A stretch of DNA of 64,000 bases from Candidatus Falkowbacteria bacterium (GCA_016432645.1 CP066698.1:773062-837061); one strand, 5' to 3'. Positions 26,278 to 37,162 are shown, counted from the stretch's first letter. Numbers and translations: made by a program. Notes: generated by a model not told the origin, from the letters alone.

Positions 26278-28767
26278 ATGGCGACTGACTTTATTAAGAT
26301 TCGCGGCGCTCGGACTAATAACTTAAAGAATGTCGATTTAGATATTCCCAGAAACCAGTTGGTGGTCATCACCGGCCTATCCGGTTCTGGAAAATCGTCA
26401 TTAGCTTTTGATACTATTTATGCTGAAGGCCAGAGGCGTTATGTAGAATCCTTATCCTCCTATGCGCGGCAATTTGTCGGTTTGATGGACAAGCCGGACG
26501 TAGATATGATTGAAGGTTTGTCGCCGGCCATTTCCATTGACCAGCGCACTGTCGGTTCTAATCCGCGTTCTACCGTCGGTACTATCACGGAAATTTATGA
26601 TTATCTCCGTTTGTTATACGCTAAATGCGGCCAACCTGCTTGTCCGATTTGCGGCCAGGCTCTGACAAAACAATCCGTTGAAAAGAAAATTTCTAAAATT
26701 ATTGCCGGCAAAACCGTTAAGTCCTCTAAAGTAGAAAGATTTTTTTCTTGCAGCGATTGCGGTTATAGCCGCGCTGATCTGGAGCCGCGGGATTTTTCTT
26801 TTAATTCCGGCCACGGGGCCTGCGCAGCTTGCGGCGGCTTGGGGACTAAAATGGAAATAGATACCAGTTTGGTTTTTAACAACAATCTCAGTATTTTAGA
26901 GGGGGCGATTAAACCGCTTTCCCATGCCAATTTAAATGGCAATGGCTTGATGGCGGAACTGGAAGGATTAGCTAAGCGCTATAATTTTAATTTACGCAGC
27001 GCGGTAAAAGATTTGAGTCCGGAAATTATAAAAATTTTATTGGCTGGCGATTCGGAATTCGGCGGCATTATAAAATATTTAGATAATAAGTATCAAGAAA
27101 CTAAATCTAATTTTGTAAAACAGGAAATCGAAAAGATTATGCGGGTTTCCTTGTGTCCAACTTGCCACGGCGCGCGCTTAAAGGCCGAATCCCTGGCAGT
27201 TAAGGTTCAGGGAATGTCTATTTTAGAAATTTCGCAATTGAGCATTGATAAGCTTAGCGGTTTATTTGTTGATTGGCTGAAAGATCCTAAAAAATTACAA
27301 GGTAATACCCAAATAATGCTGCCGATTATTAAAGAGATTTCTAAAAATTTAGGATTTTTGGCGGATGTCGGCTTGGGTTATTTAACTCTTTTGCGTTCAG
27401 CATCAACTTTATCTGGCGGTGAAGCCCAAAGAATCAGATTAGCATCTCAAGTCGGTTCGGCTTTGTCCGGGGTATTATATGTTTTAGATGAGCCTTCAAT
27501 CGGATTGCATCAGAAAGATAACGATAAATTAATTCATACTTTAAAAAATTTGCGAGACAATGGCAATACGGTAATTGTAGTTGAACATGATGCCACGACG
27601 ATGATGGCTGCCGATTATTTGGTTGATGTCGGTCCCGGAGCCGGTGACAATGGCGGTCAGATTTTATTTGTAGGGAAGCCTGAAGATATTAAAAATTGTG
27701 GACAATCGCTCACCGGTGCTTATTTATCAGGCAAAAAACAAATTAAAATTCCTAAAAAATTCCGCCCTGGAAATGGCAAAGCTTTGGAAATTATTGGCGC
27801 CCGCGAACATAATTTGAAAAATATTAATGTTAAATTTCCTTTAGGGAAATTAATCGCTATTACCGGTGTTTCTGGTTCTGGTAAATCAACTTTGATGAAC
27901 GATATTTTAGCTGCGGCTCTGACTAAGAAGTTTTATCGCGCTAAAACTGAACCCGGAGCTCATGATGGAATTAAGGGATTAGAATTTATTGATAAAATTA
28001 TTGATATTGATCAATCGCCAATTGGCCGGACGCCGCGTTCCAATCCGGCGACCTATACTGGCTTGTTTACCAATATCCGCGATTTGTTTGCAGAATTGCC
28101 GGAGGCGCGCGTTAAGGGTTTGGGCGCCGGACATTTTTCTTTTAATGTCCCAGGCGGCCGCTGTGAAAATTGCGCCGGCGATGGCGTCATTAAAGTGGAG
28201 ATGCAATTTTTAGCCGACGTCTATTTAACTTGCGATGTGTGTGGCGGCCAAAAATTTAAACCGAAAGTTCTGGAAGTAACCTATCAAGGCAAAAATATTT
28301 ATGAAGTTCTAGAAATGACGGTTCATGAAGCTTTAGATTTTTTTAAGGGTATTCCCGCGATTACCCAAAAATTAAATACGCTTAATGAAGTCGGTCTGGG
28401 TTATATCAAGCTGGGCCAGAGCGCGACTACCTTTTCTGGCGGGGAAGCACAGCGCATTAAACTCGCCACCGAACTTTCACGGCGTTCTACTGGCAAGACC
28501 CTTTATATTTTAGATGAACCAACTACTGGCTTGCATTTTGATGATATTGATCGCTTGCTAAAAGTATTGAATATGCTAGTTGACCAAGGAAATACCGTTT
28601 TAGTGATTGAACATAATTTGGATGTTATTAAATCCGTTGACTGGGTGATAGACTTGGGTCCGAGCGGCGGCGAAAAAGGTGGCTATTTAGTGGCCGCCGG
28701 TACGCCTCCGGAAATAGCGAAGGTGAAAGAAAGTTTTACTGGGCAGTATTTGAAAGATTTAGTTTAA
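26278..28767 (+). CDS. uvrA: Excinuclease ABC subunit A, lacking the UvrB-binding insertion (class II-like)
   Basis: [43 protein letters not shown], Zn fingers; ATG at 26278. Confidence 0.93.
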   Translation: MATDFIKIRGARTNNLKNVDLDIPRNQLVVITGLSGSGKSSLAFDTIYAEGQRRYVESLSSYARQFVGLMDKPDVDMIEGLSPAISIDQRTVGSNPRSTVGTITEIYDYLRLLYAKCGQPACPICGQALTKQSVEKKISKIIAGKTVKSSKVERFFSCSDCGYSRADLEPRDFSFNSGHGACAACGGLGTKMEIDTSLVFNNNLSILEGAIKPLSHANLNGNGLMAELEGLAKRYNFNLRSAVKDLSPEIIKILLAGDSEFGGIIKYLDNKYQETKSNFVKQEIEKIMRVSLCPTCHGARLKAESLAVKVQGMSILEISQLSIDKLSGLFVDWLKDPKKLQGNTQIMLPIIKEISKNLGFLADVGLGYLTLLRSASTLSGGEAQRIRLASQVGSALSGVLYVLDEPSIGLHQKDNDKLIHTLKNLRDNGNTVIVVEHDATTMMAADYLVDVGPGAGDNGGQILFVGKPEDIKNCGQSLTGAYLSGKKQIKIPKKFRPGNGKALEIIGAREHNLKNINVKFPLGKLIAITGVSGSGKSTLMNDILAAALTKKFYRAKTEPGAHDGIKGLEFIDKIIDIDQSPIGRTPRSNPATYTGLFTNIRDLFAELPEARVKGLGAGHFSFNVPGGRCENCAGDGVIKVEMQFLADVYLTCDVCGGQKFKPKVLEVTYQGKNIYEVLEMTVHEALDFFKGIPAITQKLNTLNEVGLGYIKLGQSATTFSGGEAQRIKLATELSRRSTGKTLYILDEPTTGLHFDDIDRLLKVLNMLVDQGNTVLVIEHNLDVIKSVDWVIDLGPSGGEKGGYLVAAGTPPEIAKVKESFTGQYLKDLV

Positions 28768-28802
28768 ATGGAAATTGTTTAGCAACGCTTAGCCTATTAA
28801 AT

Positions 28803-28836
28803 AAAAAAAATCCCCGTATTTTGCGGGGATTTTTTG
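28803..28836. terminator. Bidirectional terminator
   Basis: AAAAAAATCCCC...GGGGATTTTT between convergent genes. Confidence 0.75.
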
Positions 28837-28847
28837 TCAGTTATTAT

Positions 28848-29360
28848 TTATAGATGTGCCAGTATTTTTAAATCCAGTTTCTTATAATCTGTTTCTAGGA
28901 CGGCAAAGGTAGCCTGGAAAAAGGTGCCGGAAATGTTTCCGGGATTAGCCAGGAAAGTCGGTCCTTGTTTTTCTAGCCAGGGTTTATGACTATGGCCGAA
29001 AAAAATAAAATCTAAAGCTTGCGAACCAATATTTGTTATTTTTTTGATATCTTTGTGTTGATGGCAAAATCCTAAATTTAGTCCACCTATTTTTTTGTTG
29101 CCGGCTAGGCCGTAATATTTAATATTTTTTAAGGTTTTTAAATCTGTTTCTGAAAAAGTTTCGCCGTTACCTTCAACCAAATAAATTTTTCCTGCAAAAT
29201 TATTGGCTAAAAATTTTAAAGTGTCGGCATCGCAGACATCGCCGCAACAAATCATTTCCTTTATTTTATGGTCTTTGCACCAGTCCAGGCATTTGGTCAA
29301 ATTTAAAAGATTGTCATGGATATCGGAAATAATCGCCACTAACATATTTTTATTTGCCAA
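28848..29360 (-). CDS. Calcineurin-like metallophosphoesterase (YfcE/MJ0936 family)
   Basis: SDIHDN, CGD, GN, H, GHSH, NPG motifs. Confidence 0.9.
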   Translation of the reverse strand: MANKNMLVAIISDIHDNLLNLTKCLDWCKDHKIKEMICCGDVCDADTLKFLANNFAGKIYLVEGNGETFSETDLKTLKNIKYYGLAGNKKIGGLNLGFCHQHKDIKKITNIGSQALDFIFFGHSHKPWLEKQGPTFLANPGNISGTFFQATFAVLETDYKKLDLKILAHL

Positions 29361-29925
29361 TTCGCATTTTAATTTCGTAGGCCATTTGCTCCAGTTTTCT
29401 TAAATGCCCGCGCGCTTGGTCGTATTTAGTTCTCAGATATCCGGTCATATCGAAATCAATCAGCTGTGCCATAATATCTTCGGCTGCTTTTTTAATTTTT
29501 GCGACTTCAGTAAACTTGCCTTTGGCGGCTTGATTAGTGGCATAACGCACCAGTTCGCCGATTAAATCGCAGATACCGCCCAAGTATGATTCATAATCAA
29601 GATTCAGGCCAGTGCTAGACTTAATTTCTTTCTTTTTAATTATCAAATAAAAAGTCTTGCCCTCTAAATATTCTTCCGCCGCCGCTTTATAAGCGCCCTC
29701 TTTTTTCAATCTTTCGGCGCCAAAGCGCTTTTCTAAATTAGCCAGCGCCTTTTCCATCTCAGTTATTTTAGCTTCGGCAGTTTTAAAATCCTGTCGCTGC
29801 AAAGAAAAAATAGTTTTTTTAGCTTCAAATAAAATACCGTTAGAGGCACTAATAATTTGTCGGCGCTCGCTTTCGTTGGCTTGGTAGTCTTTCTTCAAAT
29901 CATCTAAGAATTTTTTGTTTATCAT
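29350..29925 (-). CDS. Translin/TRAX (C3PO)-family protein
   Basis: Helical 191 aa; EEYLE, YLGGICDLIGELVR, LRTKYD match translin/TRAX motifs. Confidence 0.82.
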   Translation of the reverse strand: MINKKFLDDLKKDYQANESERRQIISASNGILFEAKKTIFSLQRQDFKTAEAKITEMEKALANLEKRFGAERLKKEGAYKAAAEEYLEGKTFYLIIKKKEIKSSTGLNLDYESYLGGICDLIGELVRYATNQAAKGKFTEVAKIKKAAEDIMAQLIDFDMTGYLRTKYDQARGHLRKLEQMAYEIKMRIGK

Positions 29926-29929
29926 ATGT

Positions 29930-32900
29930 TTAGATTACTCGGAATACTTCTTCTAAAGTTGTTTCCCCGTTTAATACTTTTAAGATGCCGTCTTGGAGCA
30001 TAGTGACCATACCGTTTTTAATAGCTTCTTGCTCAATTTCGAAGTCGGTAACTCTTTCGTTTTGAATTATAGTTTGGATGCTGGGCGACATGGTTATCGC
30101 TTCGTAAAGGCCGATTCTTCCTTTATATCCAATTTGGCCGCATTTTTCACAGCCGGCACCTTTATAAAAAGTTAATTTTTCCGGAATGGTAACCGCCGGG
30201 TTATTAATGCTGGCTAAAATATTTTTTACTTTTTCTAAATCTTCGGGACTGGCTGAAACCTCCTGCCTGCAATCAGGGCAGATGCGTCGGGCTAAGCGTT
30301 GGCCGATAGTATATTCTATGGAGTTAGCCAGCGCTTGGCGTTCAACGCCGAGGCCGACAAAGCGGGAAATTGCGCCAGCGGCGCTGTTAGCATGGATAGT
30401 GGATAAGACTAAATGGCCGGTCATCGCCGCTTCAATAGATATTTTAGCGGTTTCCGCATCTCTAATTTCACCAATCATCATGATGTTTGGATTTTGGCGC
30501 AGTAAGGATTTCATCGCGGAAACAAAAGTATAGCCGCTTGCTTCGTCAATTTGCGTCTGCATTACGCCTGGCAGCTGGTATTCAATCGGATCTTCGACGG
30601 TAATAATTTTAACATCTGGTTTGTTAAGTTGATTAAGAGCGCTGTAGAGCGTGGTAGTTTTACCGCTACCAGTCGGTCCGGTGGTGATAATAATGCCTTT
30701 GTTTTTTTTCAACGCGACTTCTAAAGAAGATAAAGTGGTGCCGGTAATTCCCAATTTTACCATATCTAAATTAGCGGCCTCGGTTGTTAATAAGCGGATA
30801 ACGATGGTTTCACCATAGCCCCCGGAAATAATTGATAAACGGCAGTCAATTTTATGGTCCGGCAGATAAACACTGAAACGGCCGTCAAAGGTGGCGCGCT
30901 TAATGTTGGTTGGAGTGCCAGCTAAAATCTTTACTTCCGATAACAACGGTAAATAACTGGTTTTTGGTAAGGAAAAAATATCATGTAGGATGCCGTCAAT
31001 GCGAAAACGAATCTTGACTTCATCAGCTGTCGGCTCAATATGAACATCACCCGCTTCTCGCAAGACAGCGAGCGTCATGGTTAACCTAATTAAATCAGAG
31101 GTAGGTACTTCTTTGGCTTTTTCTCTGATATCTAAAATATTTTTACTTAATCCTTGAGCCTCTTCCACTTGCTGCGCGCTTATCTTAACACCGCGGCCGA
31201 TGGTCTGCGAGATAACGATATCGTAGAGCTCATTAACATAATCAAAATTACCAATGACGCGATAAACCTCTTCCAGACTAGTTTCGCCGTCCAAAGCTTT
31301 TAAGACGCCATCCTGAAGCATGGTAATCATGCCATTTTCAATCGCTTGCTGGAGAATCTTGAAAGAAGGCGCTTGCTCTACCGTTAATTGGCGAATTTTG
31401 TCGTCTAGGGTAAAAATTTCAAAAATACCGGAGCGCCCCTTATAGCCGGTAAAGTTGCACTGTTCACAGCCGGCGCCCGCTTGAAAAACATTTGGTAATT
31501 TAGCGGGGATGCTGATTCCGGTTTTTGGCGAGATGACCGCCAATATTTTATTTACCAACTCTCCTTCGTCGGCGCTTAAAGTTTTTTCTTGGCGGCAATG
31601 GATACATAAGCGCCTGACTAGACGCTGTCCGATAACTGCATTGATTGAGGGCGCTAAAAAATAGGGCTTTACTCCAATATCGATTAAGCGCGGGATTACT
31701 CCGGCGGCGTCATTAGTATGTAGAGTTGATAACACAATATGGCCGGTAAGCGAGGCCTGCACAGAAATTTCTGCGGTTTCTAAGTCTCTAATTTCACCAA
31801 CCATGACTACGTTAGGATCTTGGCGCAAGATTGATCTTAAGCCTTCAGAAAAACTGAAGCCGTGTTTGCTATCCACCTGGCTTTGATTGATGCCTGATAA
31901 TTGATATTCAATCGGATCTTCCAGAGTAATTATTTTAGTGCCTGATTGGTTAAGTTGATTAATGACAGCATATAAAGTTGTGGTTTTCCCGCTGCCGGTT
32001 GGCCCGGTTGTCAAAATTAAACCGTTCGGTTTAGCAATTTCTCTTTTTAAAATCGGCAAGACTTCCGGCCGGACGCCTAAATTTTCAATATCCAAAGAGG
32101 TCATGGCGGAATCTAAAAGGCGCATCACCACGCTCTCGCCAAAAGCTGTCGGTAGAAAAGAACAGCGGACGTCAACACGACGCTTCTCTAAATAAATAGT
32201 ATAGCGTCCGTCTTGCGGTTTATTTTCAATATTAATTTTAACGCGCGCCAATATCTTTAAGCGGGAAATAATTTTATGCCATTTTTCACGGCTGATAACG
32301 GCCGCTTCTTGCAAAACGCCATCCAATCTCATTCTGATAACTACGCCGTTATCTTCAGCTTCAATATGAACATCACTGGCGCCGACTTTAATAGCGGTTG
32401 CTAAAATTAAGGTGATGACATCAGTGATATTTACGTCATTTATTTTATCATTGAGATTTTTATAACTAGAAATGTCATTTTTAAATTTTTCTAATTGTTC
32501 GGGGCTGATTTCTACGCCGCTTTCATATTTTTTAACTTTTGGCAGCGAACGGTAAGCCTCTAAGGCCGCCTTTAAGCTATTAGGAGAAATAAGGTATAAT
32601 CTGGTGTCGGCAAAATATTGTTCGCTTAAACGCTTTGTTTCTTCCAGGACTTCAGCGCTTGGATTTAAGCAGCCGACTCTAATATTCTTGCCATCATAAA
32701 AAAAACAAATCGCGTTCAATTCTTTGGCGCGATCTTCCTGCATTAAGACCAAGGCCTCGGGGCTAATCGGAAAGCCATAAAGATTAACGTAATCAAGGCC
32801 GAGCTCCTCGGCGTCTCTTTGAGTTTTATGTTCCAGTTCTTTAAGTTTTATTTCCTCTTGCTTCCTCGCAAAAAGACCGGCGACGCTTTCTTCGTCGCCT

Positions 32901-32941
32901 GTCGGATTTAATAAATTTTCGATTGATTCCACCTTTCCCAT
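29930..32941 (-). CDS. Tandem double PilB/GspE-family secretion ATPase
   Basis: Two full modules, each with GPTGSGKTTTLY, EDPIE, LRQ.P...GEIRD, H..LST.H.N and CxxC...CxxC. Confidence 0.93.
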   Translation of the reverse strand: MGKVESIENLLNPTGDEESVAGLFARKQEEIKLKELEHKTQRDAEELGLDYVNLYGFPISPEALVLMQEDRAKELNAICFFYDGKNIRVGCLNPSAEVLEETKRLSEQYFADTRLYLISPNSLKAALEAYRSLPKVKKYESGVEISPEQLEKFKNDISSYKNLNDKINDVNITDVITLILATAIKVGASDVHIEAEDNGVVIRMRLDGVLQEAAVISREKWHKIISRLKILARVKINIENKPQDGRYTIYLEKRRVDVRCSFLPTAFGESVVMRLLDSAMTSLDIENLGVRPEVLPILKREIAKPNGLILTTGPTGSGKTTTLYAVINQLNQSGTKIITLEDPIEYQLSGINQSQVDSKHGFSFSEGLRSILRQDPNVVMVGEIRDLETAEISVQASLTGHIVLSTLHTNDAAGVIPRLIDIGVKPYFLAPSINAVIGQRLVRRLCIHCRQEKTLSADEGELVNKILAVISPKTGISIPAKLPNVFQAGAGCEQCNFTGYKGRSGIFEIFTLDDKIRQLTVEQAPSFKILQQAIENGMITMLQDGVLKALDGETSLEEVYRVIGNFDYVNELYDIVISQTIGRGVKISAQQVEEAQGLSKNILDIREKAKEVPTSDLIRLTMTLAVLREAGDVHIEPTADEVKIRFRIDGILHDIFSLPKTSYLPLLSEVKILAGTPTNIKRATFDGRFSVYLPDHKIDCRLSIISGGYGETIVIRLLTTEAANLDMVKLGITGTTLSSLEVALKKNKGIIITTGPTGSGKTTTLYSALNQLNKPDVKIITVEDPIEYQLPGVMQTQIDEASGYTFVSAMKSLLRQNPNIMMIGEIRDAETAKISIEAAMTGHLVLSTIHANSAAGAISRFVGLGVERQALANSIEYTIGQRLARRICPDCRQEVSASPEDLEKVKNILASINNPAVTIPEKLTFYKGAGCEKCGQIGYKGRIGLYEAITMSPSIQTIIQNERVTDFEIEQEAIKNGMVTMLQDGILKVLNGETTLEEVFRVI

Positions 32942-32944
32942 AGT

Positions 32945-33925
32945 TTAAGCTTTTTTCTTGAACATTCTTTCCAATTTAGCTTCGCCTCGGCCCTCTTCTA
33001 ATTCTAAGAATAAATCAGTCCAGGCAGACACTTGGAAAGTTGTTAGAATCGCTCCAGTAAATAAAATTAGAGCGAGGACAATAAACATCAATAAAACTAA
33101 CAGCCAGGCTAAGCCGTAATTGGCGGCAAAAACGAGGTATGGGAAAATAAAAATTGAAATAATCACTAGCAACAGGAAGCCAGCCAAGAAGCTGATAATA
33201 AAGAGAATAATCCCCATTTCAACGCTCATCAGCCAGTTGTTGCCAAATAATTTGATAGCTTTTTTCAAAGAAGCGCAGAACGGCTCCTCATTCAAAACAT
33301 TGTAGGCAATGGCGTATTTAATAATTAAGGACAAGGAAACGGCGATTGGAGTAAAGATTATGAAAGACAATACATAAACCCCAGCTAGGTATACAGAGCC
33401 GTTGACGGCTAAAAATAGTAGAGGAACAGACATTATAAATAAAGCCAGCCCCACTAACAGTTTGATTAAAATATTCAGTCCGAGTACTGGCCAGAAATGG
33501 AGGTGACCTTTAGCTAGATTTTCTCTAATATTTAGAATCGGTGTTTTTTTCTTGGCAACTATTAATTTTTTAGTGCTAACTACTAGCGCTGCCTGTGAGG
33601 ATATGGATAACCAGACAAAAGTCACGATTAAAGTCAGGGTTATAATTAAAACAGTTAAAGTATTGATGATTGTAAAAATATCATAGGAAAATAAATTCCA
33701 AAAACCGGCACAAAAAGAGCCAAAGGCACTTAGGACAACAATTAAGCCGTTAATATGGGAATAGGAATTTTCTAGAGCGCTTGATTGTAGACCATTAGCC
33801 AAGACTTGATATTCAAAAGAGCCGCTGGCGGCCGCGATTGAAGCAAATAACCCAAATAACCAAAGATATTTGTTCTTCCAGGCGATGTTCCAAGATTGTT
33901 TTAAGATTGAGCGATAAGAAAACAT
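32945..33925 (-). CDS. Multi-pass membrane protein of unknown function
   Basis: About 6 TM segments; W.NKYLWLFG N-terminus; first gene of a tightly packed operon. Confidence 0.8.
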   Translation of the reverse strand: MFSYRSILKQSWNIAWKNKYLWLFGLFASIAAASGSFEYQVLANGLQSSALENSYSHINGLIVVLSAFGSFCAGFWNLFSYDIFTIINTLTVLIITLTLIVTFVWLSISSQAALVVSTKKLIVAKKKTPILNIRENLAKGHLHFWPVLGLNILIKLLVGLALFIMSVPLLFLAVNGSVYLAGVYVLSFIIFTPIAVSLSLIIKYAIAYNVLNEEPFCASLKKAIKLFGNNWLMSVEMGIILFIISFLAGFLLLVIISIFIFPYLVFAANYGLAWLLVLLMFIVLALILFTGAILTTFQVSAWTDLFLELEEGRGEAKLERMFKKKA

Positions 33926-34064
33926 AAAATTAAAAGCTAGCTTTGTAGTCCAAACCAGGCGATAAGCGCCGGATTGAAAAACTTAATAAAGTCTGTTAGT
34001 ATTATAACATAATTCTAAGATTATTACCAAGTATTTATGGCCTTAAAAAAGGCTAAATAAAATT

Positions 34065-35762
34065 ATGACTTTTCTAGAAAGTCTGAAAAATAAAATAATT
34101 TCTCAACTTGGCGCTTCTGCGCTTATTTTTTCTTATCCGCCCAGTTCTGATTTGGGAGATTTGAGTCTAGCTTGTTTTGAACCGGCTAAAAAAGAAAATA
34201 TTAGTCCGGCAGAATTGGCTAAAAAATGGGCCGAAACAATTAAGCAAAATCCGGAATTAGCCGCTTATTTTTTAGAAATCAAGCCAATTGGCCCTTATCT
34301 TAATTTTTTTATTTCCCCTAAATTATTAGCGGCTGAAATAATCGCGCAAATTAAGAAAGAAAAAGATGACTATGGTCGCAATAATAATGGACGCCAGCAG
34401 CAGATTATGATCGAATATTCTAATGGGAATACTCATAAAGAGTATCATGTCGGGCATTTGCGCAATATTGCTTACGGCGATGCTATTAATCGCTTGCTAA
34501 GCGCTAATGGCTTTAAATCAATACCCGTTTCTTATATTAATGATTTCGGCATTCATGTTGCTAAAACTATTTGGAATTTAAAAAAGAACCCAGAATACAC
34601 TAATCAAAATGAGGCCAAAGGCTGGTTGTTAGGAAAATGTTATGCTGAAGCTAGCCAAAAATTGACGGATAGGCCGGAATATAAATTAGAGGTAACAAAA
34701 ATAATGCAGGAAATTGAAAGCCGGAGCGGCGATAATTATACTCTTTGGAAAGAGACGAGAAATTGGAGCATTGATTACTTCGCTTCCATATATAAGGAAC
34801 TAGATGTTAAATTTGAAAAAACTTTTTATGAGAGTGAGGTGATTGCTGAAGGCCTGGAAATGGTGCAGACCATGTTGGCTAAAAATATTTTAGTTAAAAG
34901 CGAGGGGGCGATTATCGCTAATTTAGAAAAATATGATTTAGGCGTATTACCAATCATTAGATCCGATGGTACGGCTCTTTATCCGGTGGCCGATTTGGCG
35001 CTGGCTGTCAATAAATTTAGTTTATACAATCTGGTAGAGTCTATCTACGTCGTTGATGTTCGTCAAAGTCTCCATTTTAAACAATTATTTAAAGTATTGG
35101 AGCTTTTGGGCTATCAGCAACGCTTAACCCATTTGCCTTATGATTTTGTCACTTTGCCGGGAGGAATGATGTCTTCGCGGACCGGGAATGTTATTACTTA
35201 TGAAGAATTAAAAACTAAGATTAGAACGCGGTTGCTGGCGGAAACCAGAAGCAAGCATGAAGATTGGACTGACGAACAAGTCGCTAAAGTCGCTGATGTT
35301 TTAACAATCGGTATTATTAAATTTGAGATGCTTAAAGTTAGCGCCGATAAAATCATTACTTTCAATATTGAAGAGTCCTTAAAGTTTGATGGCTATACAG
35401 CTTGTTATTTGGAGTATAGTTATGCGCGTTTGCAGAGCATTTTGCGTAAAGAGTCAGGTGTTTCTTTGCTTGGTAAGATTGATTTTGTTTTGTTAGCTGA
35501 AAAAAAAGAAGCAGAGCTATTAATAAAAATTGCCAAATATCCGGAGATGATAATTTTAGCCAGCACTAAACGCAACCCGAGCGAATTAACTAAATATCTT
35601 TTTGAGCTTGCTCAATTATCAAATGATTATTATCATGCCGTTAATATTTTAAAAGCTGATAAAAAGATAAAAAAAGTGCGCTTGGCGCTGATTAGGGCCG
35701 TGTCGCAAGTTTTGAAAAACGGTTTAGGCATCATTGGCCTGGACACCTTAGATGAAATGTAA
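34065..35762 (+). CDS. argS: Arginine--tRNA ligase
   Basis: GPYLNF, HVGHLRN (HIGH), NDFG, RSDGT.LY, MSSRTGN, Y..Y.YAR..SIL. Confidence 0.96.
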   Translation: MTFLESLKNKIISQLGASALIFSYPPSSDLGDLSLACFEPAKKENISPAELAKKWAETIKQNPELAAYFLEIKPIGPYLNFFISPKLLAAEIIAQIKKEKDDYGRNNNGRQQQIMIEYSNGNTHKEYHVGHLRNIAYGDAINRLLSANGFKSIPVSYINDFGIHVAKTIWNLKKNPEYTNQNEAKGWLLGKCYAEASQKLTDRPEYKLEVTKIMQEIESRSGDNYTLWKETRNWSIDYFASIYKELDVKFEKTFYESEVIAEGLEMVQTMLAKNILVKSEGAIIANLEKYDLGVLPIIRSDGTALYPVADLALAVNKFSLYNLVESIYVVDVRQSLHFKQLFKVLELLGYQQRLTHLPYDFVTLPGGMMSSRTGNVITYEELKTKIRTRLLAETRSKHEDWTDEQVAKVADVLTIGIIKFEMLKVSADKIITFNIEESLKFDGYTACYLEYSYARLQSILRKESGVSLLGKIDFVLLAEKKEAELLIKIAKYPEMIILASTKRNPSELTKYLFELAQLSNDYYHAVNILKADKKIKKVRLALIRAVSQVLKNGLGIIGLDTLDEM

Positions 35763-35773
35763 AAAATAAATAT

Positions 35774-37162
35774 ATGAAGAAAAGTGAAGCCCAGAATAAT
35801 TTAGAAAAAATTGTATCGTTAGCTAAACGACGCGGATTTGTTTTTCCGTCTTCGGAAATTTATGGCGGCTTTCCGGCCGTTTATGATTTTGGGCCTTATG
35901 GTGTGGAGCTGGCTAATAATATTAAGAAGGAATGGTGGAAGGCGATGACACAATTGCGCGATGATGTCGTTGGTTTGGACTCCGCTATTTTTATGAATCC
36001 GAAAATCTGGGAAGCTTCCGGCCATGTAAAAGGATTTTCTGATCCGCTGACGGAATGCCGGAAATGCCATAGCCGTTTGCGCTTGGACGCCTTATTGGAG
36101 GAAGCGGGGATTTTTGCGGATGAAAAAATGACCGAAGAAGAAATTAATCAAATTTTTGAAGATAATAAGCAAAAAATAAAATGTCCGACTTGCGGGGCGC
36201 AAGACTTTACTCCGGGGAAGAAATTTAATTTATTAGTGCAATCAAATTTAGGCAATTTTACGGGTGACTGGTCCAAGGAACCGACTTATTTGCGCGGTGA
36301 AACCTGCCAGGGCATATATGTTAATTTTAAAAACGTGGTTGATACCGCCAGAGTTAAAATTCCTTTTGGGATTGCGCAAATTGGCAAGGCTTTCCGCAAT
36401 GAGATTACGGCCCGCCAATTTGTTTTTCGGACGCGGGAGTTTGAACAGATGGAGATGCAGTATTTCGTGAAGCCGGGAGACGATATGGCTTATTTTGAAA
36501 AATGGCGGGAAACTCGTTTTAATTTTTATCTTGATTTAGGTATCGCTTCGGAAAATTTAAAGTGGCATAAGCATGAAAATTTAGTTTTTTATGCCCAGGA
36601 AGCTTATGACATTGAATATAATTTCCCCTTCGGCTTTAAAGAATTAGAGGGCGTTCATGCGCGCGGCGATTATGATTTGACCCAGCATAGTAAATTTTCC
36701 GGACAAGATTTGAACTATTTAGATCCAATGACTAATGAAAAATTTATTCCTCATGTCGTGGAGACTTCAGCTGGCGTCGGCCGGACTTTCTTGGCGGTAT
36801 TTTGCGAAGCTTACCAAGAAGAAACAGTGGGCGAAGAAACCAGAACGGTTCTGCGCTTAGCTCCGAAATTAGCGCCGGTTAAAATTGCGGTTTTCCCGCT
36901 CTTGAAAAATAAACCTGAATTAGTGGCTAAAGCCAGAGAAATTTTTGATGATTTAAAAAAGGATTGGCGCTCGGAATTTGATGATAATGGCAATATCGGC
37001 AAACGTTATCGCCGCCAAGATGAAATCGGCACCCCTTATTGCTTAACGGTTGACTTTGATACTTTGGAAAATGGAGAAGTAACCGTGCGCGATCGTGATA
37101 GCATGAAGCAAGAAAGAATAAAAATAAATGAGTTGAGAAAATTTTTTCAAGAAAAAATTTAG
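35774..37162 (+). CDS. glyQS: Glycine--tRNA ligase, alpha2 (eukaryote/archaea-type)
   Basis: KRRGF....EIYGG, WEASGH..GF.DP, LRGETCQG, FRNEIT, REFEQME, IGKRYRRQDEIGTP. Confidence 0.96.
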   Translation: MKKSEAQNNLEKIVSLAKRRGFVFPSSEIYGGFPAVYDFGPYGVELANNIKKEWWKAMTQLRDDVVGLDSAIFMNPKIWEASGHVKGFSDPLTECRKCHSRLRLDALLEEAGIFADEKMTEEEINQIFEDNKQKIKCPTCGAQDFTPGKKFNLLVQSNLGNFTGDWSKEPTYLRGETCQGIYVNFKNVVDTARVKIPFGIAQIGKAFRNEITARQFVFRTREFEQMEMQYFVKPGDDMAYFEKWRETRFNFYLDLGIASENLKWHKHENLVFYAQEAYDIEYNFPFGFKELEGVHARGDYDLTQHSKFSGQDLNYLDPMTNEKFIPHVVETSAGVGRTFLAVFCEAYQEETVGEETRTVLRLAPKLAPVKIAVFPLLKNKPELVAKAREIFDDLKKDWRSEFDDNGNIGKRYRRQDEIGTPYCLTVDFDTLENGEVTVRDRDSMKQERIKINELRKFFQEKI

